Assembly (NCBI GenBank): GCA_038891615.1
Contig: JAWADY010000002.1
Span: 32,001 to 96,000 of the forward strand
DNA: 64,000 bases
Reading direction: 5' to 3'
DNA from: Candidatus Woesearchaeota archaeon
GTDB lineage: Archaea > Nanobdellota > Nanobdellia > Woesearchaeales > ARS49
Part shown: piece after piece, positions 36,801 through 46,072 of the stretch
Layout: the number at the start of each line of letters is the position of its first letter
Numbering within the stretch: position 1 is the stretch's first letter
The notes under the pieces: model-generated
The model's database searches: none
What the model was told of the DNA's origin: nothing
The model's input: the letters and a program-made list of their open reading frames with translations, nothing else
Position numbers and translations under genes: made by a program

Positions 36801-39348
36801 TGTTGCGCTAAGAGTTACAGCAGAGGATTATGCCGGAAATACAATGGCTTCTGTGCTAAACTTTATTATTGACTCAACAGGCCCGGTCATTTCTCTGGCA
36901 CAACCACTATTCGGAATTTCTGACAAGACACCATTTGACATTGTCGTTGAAACAGACCAGCCAGCTATCTGCAGATATTCAACAATTCAAAATGTTGACA
37001 CTGCGAGCATAAGCTATGATGCAATGGCAAAGTTCTACATACCTGAAAAACAAACCGCACAGCACATCATACAAGGCTTTGACGAGCTCACAGGAAAGCC
37101 AGAAAACACGCCCTGGAGGTTCTATGTTGTTTGCAAGGATGGCAAGCAACGCCAGTCTAACGAAACCTTCTGGCTGTCCGTTGATTCTGCTCCTCCAAAA
37201 ATAACAGCTGCTTATGCAGAACCAAATCCAATCGTTGAGTACACAGACAGTGAGCTGCTAACAACACTGAAAGTCTCAACAGAACGCAGCTCCTTCTGCA
37301 GTTACAGCACAACAACCACGAGCTTTAGCCCTGAAAATGGTTTTGAAGGGACAGGCATAACTCCAAGGCAAGCGCACAATGCTGTGGTTAAAATAACCAC
37401 TTCTCCGACAACTTATAACATCGCTTGCATTTCACCAACCGATTATGGCAAAGCTGCGCCAAGAACAGCAACAGCAACAATAAAAATCACTGTTGACGTT
37501 GCAGCACCACTAACCATTTCCTGCAGCTATTGCCCTTCATTCTGGAATTCTACCACAAAAAACATATACCTGACCACAAACAAGCGCGCGCAATGCTTCT
37601 GGACACTTGACAAGACAACCACTTCTTTTGGTACAGTTGGATATGAGCACAGCACCACTCTGAAAGTGCCATCTCTTGGCGAGAAAAAAGTGCTCTTTAG
37701 CTGCAATGCAGGCGCCCAAAGTGCAACCCTTGAGTATTCATTTCTTGTAGACAACAGCCCTCCTGTAATGCTCTATGTTAGTGATAACTCAAGCCTTAAA
37801 GAAGATACAGAGCATAGCTATTTCACAGATAGGTTAAGGGCAGCATGGCTCGGGCAGGATAATGAAAGTGGAATAACACGGTATTATTACTCTTTAATCG
37901 AAAAGGCAAACAACGCTGTTGTGATAAATTGTTCACCTGGCTCTCAACAAAACAATTGCCGATTCTCAACAGTACTTGATGGAAATTTCTTTGACATTAC
38001 GCAGGACCATAATGGAAAGTCGCTCAATTTAACAGACGGCTTTAGTTATTTCTTGAAGGTTTGGCCCCTAAATAGGGTTGGTCTTCTTGGAAATCCAATG
38101 GACTCGGATGGAGTTGTAATAAACAAAAGCAAAAAGCCAGCTCACTGCAGCGATGGAATAACAAATGAAGGCGAATCAGGGCAGGACTGTGGTGGAGAGT
38201 GCGAGCCTTGTCCTGATGGTCAGCCTTGTAGGTCTGATTCGGACTGTCTCTCAAAAACCTGTATAGAAGGTTCGTGCAAGGCTCCGAGCTGTACAGATTT
38301 AAGAAAGAATGGTAATGAAAGCTCAATCGATTGTGGTGGGAGCTGTCCAACAAAGTGCGAAGCTGGTAAAAGTTGTAACACTGACAGCGATTGCAAAACA
38401 GGACTAAGCTGTATATCTGGTGCATGCGCAGAACCAACAGCTTGCGAGAATGGTATACTTGATGGGCTTGAAACAGACATTGACTGCGGAAGGGTTTGTC
38501 CAACAAAATGCGCAGCTGGAAAGGGCTGTCTTGATAATAAAGATTGCGCTGATGGGCTATATTGTGTTAGTGGTGTTTGTTCTTCAACAACTCCAACCGC
38601 TGATTCTGATGGTGATGGTGTCACTAATGATCTTGACCAGTGCCCAAACACTCCGAAAGGTGAAAAAGTAGATAAAAACGGTTGTTCAGCAAGCCAGCGT
38701 GACACCGATGGAGATGGCATGAATGATGCTTGGGAGATACGCTATGGCTTTGATCCTGAGAATCCTGCTGATGCTTATACAGATGTCGATGCTGATGGCC
38801 TTAGTAATCTTGAGGAATTCAAGTTAGGAACTGATCCAAGAAACCCAGATACTGATGGTGATGGTTGGAGTGATGGGGCTGAGTTCAAGGCAGGAACAGA
38901 CCCTCTAGACCCTGCCTCAAAGCCATCCGCCCCTATTGTGAGAGCTTTGCCATGGCTGTTGCTTGTTGCAATCCTTGCCATAGCCGGTTACGCAGCTTAC
39001 AAGTACAGGAAGCAAATTGCTGCAATTTTTGTAAGGAAAAAGGTAATTCCTTTGCCAAAGCCGCCTGTGGTGTGGAGACCGCCACCAAGGCCTGTCCAAA
39101 GAGTTGTGCGTGTTCCAACAAGAGCAGAGTTAATCATTGAACAGCTTAGAAAGATTGCCCGAGCTACAAAGGCTGAAGAAGAGGAATACATTCCTGTAGA
39201 AGAGCTTGCCAGAAGGGCAGCTGCGCTAGAGCCAACAGAAGAAGTACTTAAGCATCTAAAGGCAGCAGTAAGAAAAAGCCCTGAGTTTGCAAGGGCTGCA
39301 GCTGCCCAGCCAAAGCTCAGAGCGATGCTCAAGAAAAAATCAAAATGA
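33868..39348 (+). CDS. Giant (1826 aa) membrane-anchored surface protein/adhesin
   Basis: Signal peptide, FN3-like segment, Cys-rich repeats, many DSDGDG (TSP3-like) repeats, Ig-like DxxPP repeats, CxDGxxNxxExxxDCGGxC repeats, C-terminal TM and basic Pro-rich tail. Confidence 0.85.
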   Translation: MLRKEVIGIFVVLFFVVIGIAVIAQEEKTGCCCDENGTAMDYSPFHTQNECTDPFTILVPLSSENISKYTPDNISKICIDACGGAAPKPLPLPLAPKITFFKAEPLMGQKKFLLTWEINQTPNVIYIDRCKGNDCTNFGNIATFAGTSRSYVDDDASLEWLTNYTYRLRIVNTITSPPQESSMTASSSLGDIECWNRFDKTPFCISEYYYWNEPIQSYLKNFGYFGFSFTDNFARQVRTVFGVTNLDHIGKLDSRCHVVGINRLSQSSSRCKSNETCLVVDSNTICITPSPCDTSFNATSASCENTPSGTPSYCFSDKSQSVIERCYSCDKRMSCYDYRSKEACERDACGIGDCIWKPTYGAIGVGVCINPSQNNCLLCDKKTGDLLSGLDSKKWPSLLAYNELFDACSQLKAEALGKCLAVTDPSTGKTSPKTCEQATCSDYKTQQECNADTCGLGICKWFDSPTFRGCAKDADTPPQAPATDSDGDGIPDWWEIKYGLNPNNRDDAGSDSDGDGLSNLDEWLRGTLPNNPDSDGDGVSDLNDNCPGTPSNTFQVDSNGCPLPVSDTTDSDDDGIPDWWERKYGLNPNNPADAGSDSDGDGLSNLDEWLRGTLPNNPDSDGDGVSDLNDQHPGTPSNTQVDSNGRPPQGNGKPDCIDPNTGEIDPACEADKWSPETVIIPVGDRGAVKYLYIQITDQFKSTGEKLTIAHSGTGTKAEYFPKGYSTFLCVGSLCSPNVRVNATPLTVVNGFLTINGKPLGLQLKDGSNILRFYSQDPANNNEQVKQLEVNACTGCQGPALITPIDIEGARIVNGEYYTKLTQPQIKLSFDAKAELVLKRLVFGNSFTELSSSPQSGFSQNYTLLPPELAEAKYVLQINARGENGISSSNTPYSFNLTIDKTPPLLSFNVEQNSILENPDQSFVLSFNEPVFVTSIFFDEEHVAQNGRKYVFTRNLTSELKQVNSSKYNLTVNGIPDGHVALRVTAEDYAGNTMASVLNFIIDSTGPVISLAQPLFGISDKTPFDIVVETDQPAICRYSTIQNVDTASISYDAMAKFYIPEKQTAQHIIQGFDELTGKPENTPWRFYVVCKDGKQRQSNETFWLSVDSAPPKITAAYAEPNPIVEYTDSELLTTLKVSTERSSFCSYSTTTTSFSPENGFEGTGITPRQAHNAVVKITTSPTTYNIACISPTDYGKAAPRTATATIKITVDVAAPLTISCSYCPSFWNSTTKNIYLTTNKRAQCFWTLDKTTTSFGTVGYEHSTTLKVPSLGEKKVLFSCNAGAQSATLEYSFLVDNSPPVMLYVSDNSSLKEDTEHSYFTDRLRAAWLGQDNESGITRYYYSLIEKANNAVVINCSPGSQQNNCRFSTVLDGNFFDITQDHNGKSLNLTDGFSYFLKVWPLNRVGLLGNPMDSDGVVINKSKKPAHCSDGITNEGESGQDCGGECEPCPDGQPCRSDSDCLSKTCIEGSCKAPSCTDLRKNGNESSIDCGGSCPTKCEAGKSCNTDSDCKTGLSCISGACAEPTACENGILDGLETDIDCGRVCPTKCAAGKGCLDNKDCADGLYCVSGVCSSTTPTADSDGDGVTNDLDQCPNTPKGEKVDKNGCSASQRDTDGDGMNDAWEIRYGFDPENPADAYTDVDADGLSNLEEFKLGTDPRNPDTDGDGWSDGAEFKAGTDPLDPASKPSAPIVRALPWLLLVAILAIAGYAAYKYRKQIAAIFVRKKVIPLPKPPVVWRPPPRPVQRVVRVPTRAELIIEQLRKIARATKAEEEEYIPVEELARRAAALEPTEEVLKHLKAAVRKSPEFARAAAAQPKLRAMLKKKSK
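35317..35807 (+). repeat. Intragenic tandem duplication (~236 bp x2, offset 258 bp)
   Basis: 35317-35552 versus 35575-35807, encoding DSDxDGIPDWWExKYGLNPN..DSDGDGLSNLDEWLRGTLPNNPDSDGDGVSDLND. Confidence 0.92.
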
Positions 39349-39845
39349 GACTTGGCCAAATAGTTGGGCAAATATTTCTTTTCTTGTTGGCAACAATTGT
39401 TTTTGTTTTTATAGTTGTTTATGGCTATCGCGCAATAGGCAACCTTGTTGCAAAAGGTGAGCAAGCAGACCTAGTGCGATTCAACAGCGAGCTCAGTTCC
39501 GCAGTTAGTGCTATATCCCTTGACTATGGCAGCGTGCGTTGCCTAGAGCTCAGCCTTCCAAAAAGATATAGAACCTTTTGTTTTGTCGGGCAGGAGCCTG
39601 ACATAGGCGCACTTTCCTTGGTCAGCCCATTAATTGCAAGTGCTGTCCAGTCAGGGATTAAGCAAAATGTTTTTTTAATCCCCCCTTCACCGCTTCAACT
39701 ATATCTAGAAAAGGCAACGACAAAAGCAGAGGGAGGATTTTTTTGCATAAATACAAGCGGACCAACAAATCGCTTGCTACTCAGGCTTGAAGGTGGCGCA
39801 GGAGGAATTGCAGAGCTACAAAAATGGCAAGGAGCAAGCTGTTAA
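39345..39845 (+). CDS. Pilin-like protein
   Basis: MRLG/QIVGQIFLFLL.. class III-like signal. Confidence 0.65.
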   Translation: MRLGQIVGQIFLFLLATIVFVFIVVYGYRAIGNLVAKGEQADLVRFNSELSSAVSAISLDYGSVRCLELSLPKRYRTFCFVGQEPDIGALSLVSPLIASAVQSGIKQNVFLIPPSPLQLYLEKATTKAEGGFFCINTSGPTNRLLLRLEGGAGGIAELQKWQGASC

Positions 39846-40813
39846 TTCCAAAGCACAGAAAAGGCCAGATAGAAGCGCCAGTAAGTTGGATATTCATACT
39901 TATTGCAGGAGCTGTAATCCTTCTTTTTTTCTTTTCAACAACCATTAAGTTGCGTGACATTGCAAAACAAAAGCTTTCAATAACCCTTTTGTCAAACTTA
40001 GATGCACTCATCTCTAGCTCATCCGTTGCAAAAGGTACAAGCCAGCTGCTGCCGATTTATGACCAGCAACTTGTTTTTGAATGTACACAGGCTTGTCTTT
40101 GCGAGCTTTCAGTCCTTGGCGCAAAAAAGCCATTTAAAGACAGGCTGATTTTTGCTCAGCAAAAGGTTTTTGGAAGAAATGCGCTATTTTGGGCTCTTGA
40201 CTGGAAGGAGCCATTCAGGATTGCTAATTTTCTTTACATAACAGACAGCTCAAGCAAATATTGGTTGGTTGGGGATTCGAGCAGCGAACCACTTAAGACA
40301 ATAAAGTTCCTCCTTCCTAAGAATCTTAGTGCGGAGTTCGTAGACTCCACCCAAAACATCAAGCCAGGAAATTTCAAGAAAAGCAGGATTGTTCTTTTTG
40401 ACAAAGCACTGGATGAAAGCCTTGCAGATAGTTTTCCCAAAGCATCTGAGCTAACATTACTTGTTGTCAACACCCAGAACAAAGAGCTTAAGTGGTACAA
40501 GAGAAAAGGTAGCAAGCTGGAAGTGCTGTCAAATGAAGGGGCGGATAACTACAAAAGCATTCCCCATCTTTTGGGAGCAATTTTTAGTGACGAGCCGCAG
40601 CTTTACGCCTGCCAACAAGCAGCTTCTGAGGACAGGAAAGCGGCCATAAAAGAAATCTATGTTGCACGTGTGCAAAAATTGATGCAAATTGTGCCAGAAG
40701 AACGTGGTTGCAGCGCGCTTTACGAAGAGACGTTCAAAAACATTAACGCTCCTGAGGCGCTTGAGGAGATTAATGAGGAATTGCTAAAAAAGAGTTGTCC
40801 AACAATATACTAA
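39824..40813 (+). CDS. Pilin-like protein
   Basis: RKG/QIEAPVSWIFILIAGAVILLFF. Confidence 0.7.
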   Translation: MARSKLLIPKHRKGQIEAPVSWIFILIAGAVILLFFFSTTIKLRDIAKQKLSITLLSNLDALISSSSVAKGTSQLLPIYDQQLVFECTQACLCELSVLGAKKPFKDRLIFAQQKVFGRNALFWALDWKEPFRIANFLYITDSSSKYWLVGDSSSEPLKTIKFLLPKNLSAEFVDSTQNIKPGNFKKSRIVLFDKALDESLADSFPKASELTLLVVNTQNKELKWYKRKGSKLEVLSNEGADNYKSIPHLLGAIFSDEPQLYACQQAASEDRKAAIKEIYVARVQKLMQIVPEERGCSALYEETFKNINAPEALEEINEELLKKSCPTIY

Positions 40814-40814
40814 A

Positions 40815-41345
40815 ATGGCAAACAATGCATCTCCAAGCAAAAAGGCTCAGATAAAGATGTTTGAGAATATCGCTGTCCTCGTGATATTCTTTTTTCTTCT
40901 GGCTTTTGGTACAAGCTTTTACTTTACACTTCAAAAAAGTTCCCTTCAGCGTGAAATGGAACGCATTGCGCAGCTTGGAAACATTCAGCAGGCGCTTAGG
41001 CTTACATTCTTACCAGAGCTTGACTGCTCATTTGCTGCTGTACAAACTGAAAATTGTTTTGACAGGCTTAAGTTTGATGCTCTTGCAGATCAGCTTAAAC
41101 CAGGTAGCCAGCGATGGCTTGAGTACTCTGCAATCCTTGGTTTTACTAGTATAAAACTAAAGACTGTTTATTCCAGCCTCTCTCCCCCGCCTGAAGAGAA
41201 ACTTCTGTACGAAAGAAAGCTGAACGCAACTGCAATTCGCACAGAGATTCCTGTCTTGATTTGTGAAAACGGTTGCGACCCGCTAAATCAAAGCTATTCC
41301 TTCGGCATCCTTGAGGTGACAAGCTATGTTAGAAGGGCAACCTGA
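40815..41345 (+). CDS. Pilin-like protein
   Basis: KKA/QIKMFENIAVLVIFFFLL. Confidence 0.72.
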   Translation: MANNASPSKKAQIKMFENIAVLVIFFFLLAFGTSFYFTLQKSSLQREMERIAQLGNIQQALRLTFLPELDCSFAAVQTENCFDRLKFDALADQLKPGSQRWLEYSAILGFTSIKLKTVYSSLSPPPEEKLLYERKLNATAIRTEIPVLICENGCDPLNQSYSFGILEVTSYVRRAT

Positions 41346-41355
41346 TGGCATTGCT

Positions 41356-41847
41356 GTGTTGAAGGGATTAAAGAGAGCAAAAGGCGGGCAAATGGAAATA
41401 ATTGGTCTAACAATCATCATTCTTCTTGTTATAATTGGGGTGCTTTTTGGAATACAGTTTGTGCTCAAGGCAAAGCCGCCCACAATTGGACGAGAGTTTA
41501 GGGAATCGCAGTACGCAGCCAACTTCCTAAGCACTCTTACAGGTACAACAAGCGCATGTAATGGTTTGAGCATCACACAACTTTTACAGAACTGCGTGAC
41601 AAGGACAGGGATTGACTGTCCATCAGGAAAGGGTGCTTGTGAGGAGGTTGAGGCTCTTATAGAAACAATCCTTGATAAAACAATTGGCAAGTCGGGACAA
41701 AACAGAGCATACCAACTTATGGTAAAAGGCAGCAACATTGACATTACTAAGTCTAATCGGGGAGGATGTCCGGGCGAAAAAGAGGTTGCAGAACACACAC
41801 TTCCAACAAGAGCTGGAGTAGTTTCTATACGCCTCGAGTTGTGCTAA
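41356..41847 (+). CDS. Pilin-like protein
   Basis: KRAKGG/QMEIIGLTIIILLVIIG; start codon uncertain. Confidence 0.7.
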   Translation: MLKGLKRAKGGQMEIIGLTIIILLVIIGVLFGIQFVLKAKPPTIGREFRESQYAANFLSTLTGTTSACNGLSITQLLQNCVTRTGIDCPSGKGACEEVEALIETILDKTIGKSGQNRAYQLMVKGSNIDITKSNRGGCPGEKEVAEHTLPTRAGVVSIRLELC

Positions 41848-41849
41848 AA

Positions 41850-43820
41850 CTATTTGCTAAAAGGATTTCTCATTTGCTTTGCTACCCAGACTGGGCTAAA
41901 ATCTTCATAATCATTATCAGTAAGCTGCTCGAGCTTATCCTTTTCAATGTTGTAAACAAAGATTTCGCAATCTCTGTCTTTTTGTTTCTGTCCAAAACGA
42001 AACCAAGGGCAAGCAGAAAAGGCAATGCCTTTTGAGTCTTGCGACCAAGCAATGTTGTCCTCATTTACAAAAAAATTGTTTGGAATGCTAACTTTTTTGA
42101 TGCTTAGTTTTGGCCAATCCGCTATATTGACAATGGTTACAATACTGCTCCCCTTATACCTTATTGCAAAATGTTTCAAATCTGGAGAGTTATACATTGC
42201 TAATGCCTGGTCTGGAAGTTTTGTCACAAATTTTGGCTTGTCCACACCGTTCTTACAAGATTCTTTTCTTTTTTTCTGGCAAGAGGCTAAGTCATAAAGG
42301 GTGGCTTTCTCGAGTGCTAGAAAGTAAAGAAGGTTTTGGCTTTCACCTTTTGGATGATAAGGACTGGCTGCGAGGCTAAAGAACAAGCCAGGCTTTGCAA
42401 AAGTCAGTGCAGTAACATAATATCCCTTTTTTTCAAAAATCTTAAGTTTGATTGGGCTTTCTGATCCAAAGATTTTATAAGCATATATCTTGCCCTTCTT
42501 CTCATTGTTGGCATAAACGAGCCAGTTAAAATCAAACCACTCAAAGGCTTCCCACTCTGATTTGTCGTCGTACCCTGTTGATAAATTCTTTATTTTGTTC
42601 TCTTCCGTCTTTAAAAGGGGAGCGAGCCTGATAGTCTTCCAGGACTTTTCTGCAACGCATCCACATTGTGGTGAGATCTTTATTTTGTGATAAAAGGATA
42701 ACCCAGAACTTTCAGCAACATCCCCAAGCTTTGGAAAGAAGTAATGTAGTTTGTTGTCTATCACCACACCAACAGTTTCTCCATCGCTGCTTTTTATTAG
42801 GTTTTTGGCTTCCTTTTTTTTAAACACAACCACATTATGCGTTTCCTTTAATGGTGACCGTGGATAAACAAAGTTTATTCCGAAGTTGTCATCTAATCGT
42901 GAAATAAAGTATATTTTCTCATCAGTGACCAATGAAGAAAGCCAGATGAAGAATGAGGCTGTTGTGACAAACGCCGACCCTAAAAACCATTTCCTGTTTT
43001 TGCGCCACCAAAGATACCTGCACGCCTTTTTAGCGCTCCATCTTTTCTTTAGATTTGTTTGAAGAAAGCCAGAAATAAGTTTGCGAAGTGGAGCTTTTTT
43101 AAGTCGTTCATATTCTCCAGAAATTATTTTTTCTCGCAACCTTTCACGCTCAGCATCCTCAAAAGGAAAGCTACCAGTTATAAGCTTGTACAGTGCAACG
43201 CCTGCCGCCCAACTATCACTTTGTTGCGATGGCATAAAGCCTTTTAGTAGTTCTGGCGCACGATAGAGCAAGCTACCATAGCAAGGGCCGTAGTGTAGCT
43301 CCTTGCTGTTCGATAGTCCGAAGTCAACAATTTTTATCTTTCCTTCAGAAAGAATGAGGTTTTCAAGGCTCAGGTCACCATGTGTAACACCTCTTGAGTG
43401 CAAAAAGTCAAGTCCTTTACAAATCTGTTCCGCGCATTCAATGAGTTGCTTTTCATCGAGTTTGCCTGCAACCTCGCTCAGCTTTCTGCCTTCCACATAC
43501 TCTTCAACAATAAATGGCAGGCCAGTCTTTTCGTCTATGTTAACAAAGTAGATTTTAGCAATATGTTCATGGCCTTTGCCGCGCTCCTCACGCAACTTTG
43601 TAAGAATTTTTGCCTCGCGCTCAAATGTGCTTTCAATGCTTACATTCCTATAAGCTGGAAATGAGCGCGAATGTTTCAGAATTTTTAGTGCAACTGTTAT
43701 GCCTTGTTGAGTATCATAAGCCTTCCAAACTTCTTTAAAAGCGCCGCCACCAATCTTTTCAATGAGTCTAAACTTACCGTTATTAAAAAAAGCATTATCC
43801 TTAAATTCTTCTTCAGCCAT
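41850..43820 (-). CDS. Transmembrane Hanks-type Ser/Thr protein kinase with C-terminal TolB-like beta-propeller
   Basis: IGGGAFKEV, VALK, FERE, HGDLSLEN, DFG, YRAPE, SDSWAAG; TM; ISP, AWSQDSKGIAFS, EIFVYN..QLT..DFSPVW. Confidence 0.88.
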   Translation of the reverse strand: MAEEEFKDNAFFNNGKFRLIEKIGGGAFKEVWKAYDTQQGITVALKILKHSRSFPAYRNVSIESTFEREAKILTKLREERGKGHEHIAKIYFVNIDEKTGLPFIVEEYVEGRKLSEVAGKLDEKQLIECAEQICKGLDFLHSRGVTHGDLSLENLILSEGKIKIVDFGLSNSKELHYGPCYGSLLYRAPELLKGFMPSQQSDSWAAGVALYKLITGSFPFEDAERERLREKIISGEYERLKKAPLRKLISGFLQTNLKKRWSAKKACRYLWWRKNRKWFLGSAFVTTASFFIWLSSLVTDEKIYFISRLDDNFGINFVYPRSPLKETHNVVVFKKKEAKNLIKSSDGETVGVVIDNKLHYFFPKLGDVAESSGLSFYHKIKISPQCGCVAEKSWKTIRLAPLLKTEENKIKNLSTGYDDKSEWEAFEWFDFNWLVYANNEKKGKIYAYKIFGSESPIKLKIFEKKGYYVTALTFAKPGLFFSLAASPYHPKGESQNLLYFLALEKATLYDLASCQKKRKESCKNGVDKPKFVTKLPDQALAMYNSPDLKHFAIRYKGSSIVTIVNIADWPKLSIKKVSIPNNFFVNEDNIAWSQDSKGIAFSACPWFRFGQKQKDRDCEIFVYNIEKDKLEQLTDNDYEDFSPVWVAKQMRNPFSK

Positions 43821-43871
43821 CTCTTTTTTTTAAATTTATGCAAAAATTCTTTAAAAATTTTCCGAACAGCG

Positions 43872-44756
43872 TTATCTTGTTTTCTGGATAACAGATGGTA
43901 AAGCAAGCGCAGGAAGCTGTATGCTCAAGTCGACTATAGAAGCAAGGTGAATGTTTTTCCAGCCGTAACGACGTATTTCCTCAAAAATTCTCGAAGCTTC
44001 GGTTGCCGTTTCCTGTTTTGCATCGAAGACAAATCTGTAGCAAGCGTCAAAAAGCTTGGCAGCCTTTTCATATTGTTTTACAATCTCCTGTTCAGGAACC
44101 GCGCGCTGCTTGACTATCTCTGCAGCAAGATACTTGCACTCGTCACCAATTCTTTCCACACTCCAGACAATGACTGCCTTACGCATAGCCTCTAGGTGTT
44201 CTGATATGACATTTTTTGCAAGATACCTCATGCAGTAATGTGCAAGCCTATTCACATCAATATCGCGCTGCTCTAGATGTTCAAGAGCAGTGTAATCCCA
44301 ATTTCGAATAGCTTCTACCGAATCCTCAAGCATTCCTTTTACAAGAAGAAACAACCTCCGATAAAGTGCTGGAAATTCATCTTTTATCTGACCAGCAACA
44401 TCACGCAAAATGCAATAGTTGCTCCTTTGTTCAACAGTCTCAAAACCAATTAGCTCAATGAGGGCTTTTTTGACGCGCTGAGGAGTTTCTGCTTCGAAGT
44501 TTGTGATTTTTATTTCATCATAGCCATCCTCATAAAGCCTGACAATAAGCCTTGGCAAGAGGACTCCTGCCTCAGGCGCACTTATTTCTTTGCTTTTGAA
44601 GACCTTTTGAGTGCTTGTTGGAGAAAGCGAAATAAAACCTGGTTGTTCTGACATTTCAATCTCATCTCCTTTCTTTATTCCATACTTTCTTGCCCATTTC
44701 GCAGGAAGACTTACCACAAGCGTTTGCTTGGAAAGCTGAATGACCTTTCTTCTCAT
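43872..44756 (-). CDS. AbrB-domain/PhoU family phosphate uptake regulator
   Basis: MRRKVIQL..TLVVSLPAKWARKYGIKKGDEI; Y.DGYDEI; D.DVNRL; ERIGD. Confidence 0.85.
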   Translation of the reverse strand: MRRKVIQLSKQTLVVSLPAKWARKYGIKKGDEIEMSEQPGFISLSPTSTQKVFKSKEISAPEAGVLLPRLIVRLYEDGYDEIKITNFEAETPQRVKKALIELIGFETVEQRSNYCILRDVAGQIKDEFPALYRRLFLLVKGMLEDSVEAIRNWDYTALEHLEQRDIDVNRLAHYCMRYLAKNVISEHLEAMRKAVIVWSVERIGDECKYLAAEIVKQRAVPEQEIVKQYEKAAKLFDACYRFVFDAKQETATEASRIFEEIRRYGWKNIHLASIVDLSIQLPALALPSVIQKTR

Positions 44757-44816
44757 AATCCTTTGAAATGGTGCTTTGTATATAAAGTTTTCTATAGGTA
44801 TATAATTAAATTTTTA

Positions 44817-44862
44817 TTATATATTTTAAGATAACTTATATATTTTAAGCATAAAATATATA
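44817..44862. promoter_or_regulatory. Repeated AT-rich motif between divergent regulators
   Basis: TTATATATTTTAAG at 44817 and 44836, partial inverted copy ATAAAATATATA at 44851. Confidence 0.4.
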
Positions 44863-44903
44863 CTTTTGTTAATGCACTCACCTAAAAAAAGGAGGTGAGA
44901 AAG

Positions 44904-45386
44904 ATGTCTGACTTTCAAAAAAAGGATTTGGTAATAATAGCCCATCTCAGGCAGAATGCGCGGATGAAGCTAACAGCAATGTCAAGAAAAACAGCACTCC
45001 CTGTCTCAACAATTTATGACAGGTTACAACTTCATGAAGGAAAGACAATCCTAAAGCATTCGTCTCTCATTGACTTTTCAAGACTTGGCTTTAGTGCAAG
45101 AGTGAATGTTCTCTTCAAACTTGGAAAAACTGATAAACAGGAATTTGTAGCATTCCTATCAAAACATCAGAATGTCAACAGCCTTTACAGGATTAATAAT
45201 GGTTTTGATTTCCTTGCAGAGTGCATTTTTAAGAACATACGAGAACTAGAAGACTTTTTCGAACAACTTGATGCAAGGTTTGACATAAAGCATAAAGAGG
45301 TTTACCATGTTATTGACGAGCTAAAGCGTGAAGCCTTTTTATCAGACCCTCAATTGATTGAGCTTGCAGGAATTGAAGCAGCCTAA
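44904..45386 (+). CDS. Lrp/AsnC family transcriptional regulator
   Basis: KKDLVIIAHLRQNAR..LPVSTIYDRL..IDFSRLGF..YRINNGFDF; GGAGGTGA upstream. Confidence 0.9.
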   Translation: MSDFQKKDLVIIAHLRQNARMKLTAMSRKTALPVSTIYDRLQLHEGKTILKHSSLIDFSRLGFSARVNVLFKLGKTDKQEFVAFLSKHQNVNSLYRINNGFDFLAECIFKNIRELEDFFEQLDARFDIKHKEVYHVIDELKREAFLSDPQLIELAGIEAA

Positions 45387-45536
45387 TCCGCCCTGAAAGG
45401 AAGCAAATGCGTAGTGAATTGCTTGCTCAAACTCAACACACAACAAAGCTTACAAAGCAAACATTTTACGATTTTCAGTAGCAAGCTTTAAATACTCTGT
45501 ACTTACTTTTCTTGAAAAACAAAACGAGGTGTTGAG

Positions 45537-45791
45537 ATGTCAAAAGGTCAAGGCATTTCAATTAATGTTATCATAATAGCTGCGATTGCACTGCTTGTTC
45601 TTGTTGTTCTTTCTGTTATGTTCATAGGCAGGATAGGACTCTTTGGAGTTAAGAGTGTTTCTTGCACAGAACAGGGAGGAACATGTTCTGTTGATGTCTG
45701 CCCAGCAGGGACAAGGGAGTACACACCTTGGAGGTGCCCTGATACTCCTGAGGGGGCAAAGCAGCGCTGCTGCGTGGCAATAGGGGTGTAA
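45537..45791 (+). CDS. Small pilin-like protein with Cys-rich tip
   Basis: SKG/QGISINVIIIAAIALLVLVVL; CxxxGGxC..C..C..CC. Confidence 0.78.
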   Translation: MSKGQGISINVIIIAAIALLVLVVLSVMFIGRIGLFGVKSVSCTEQGGTCSVDVCPAGTREYTPWRCPDTPEGAKQRCCVAIGV

Positions 45792-45802
45792 GTGAATTTT
45801 CA

Positions 45803-46072
45803 ATGGCAAAAGCGCAAGGGCTGCCAATAAACACAATCATTATCGTTGCGCTAGCACTTGTTGTTCTTTTAGTCATTGCAGCCATTTTTACTGGTCGTAT
45901 ACAGCTTTTTGGAAGAGCGCTAAGCAACTGCCCAAAAGGAGAGGGGAAGTGGTGCACAGACAACCCTTCGGATTGCGCAGCTGGCAACGCAGCAGCAAGT
46001 CCGCTAAAAAATTGCAACGAAGATGCTGACCCTGAACCAGAAGGGAGCTATTGTTGCATACCATTGGCATGA
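45803..46072 (+). CDS. Small pilin-like protein with Cys-rich tip
   Basis: AKA/QGLPINTIIIVALALVVLLVI; ends YCCIP. Confidence 0.78.
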   Translation: MAKAQGLPINTIIIVALALVVLLVIAAIFTGRIQLFGRALSNCPKGEGKWCTDNPSDCAAGNAAASPLKNCNEDADPEPEGSYCCIPLA

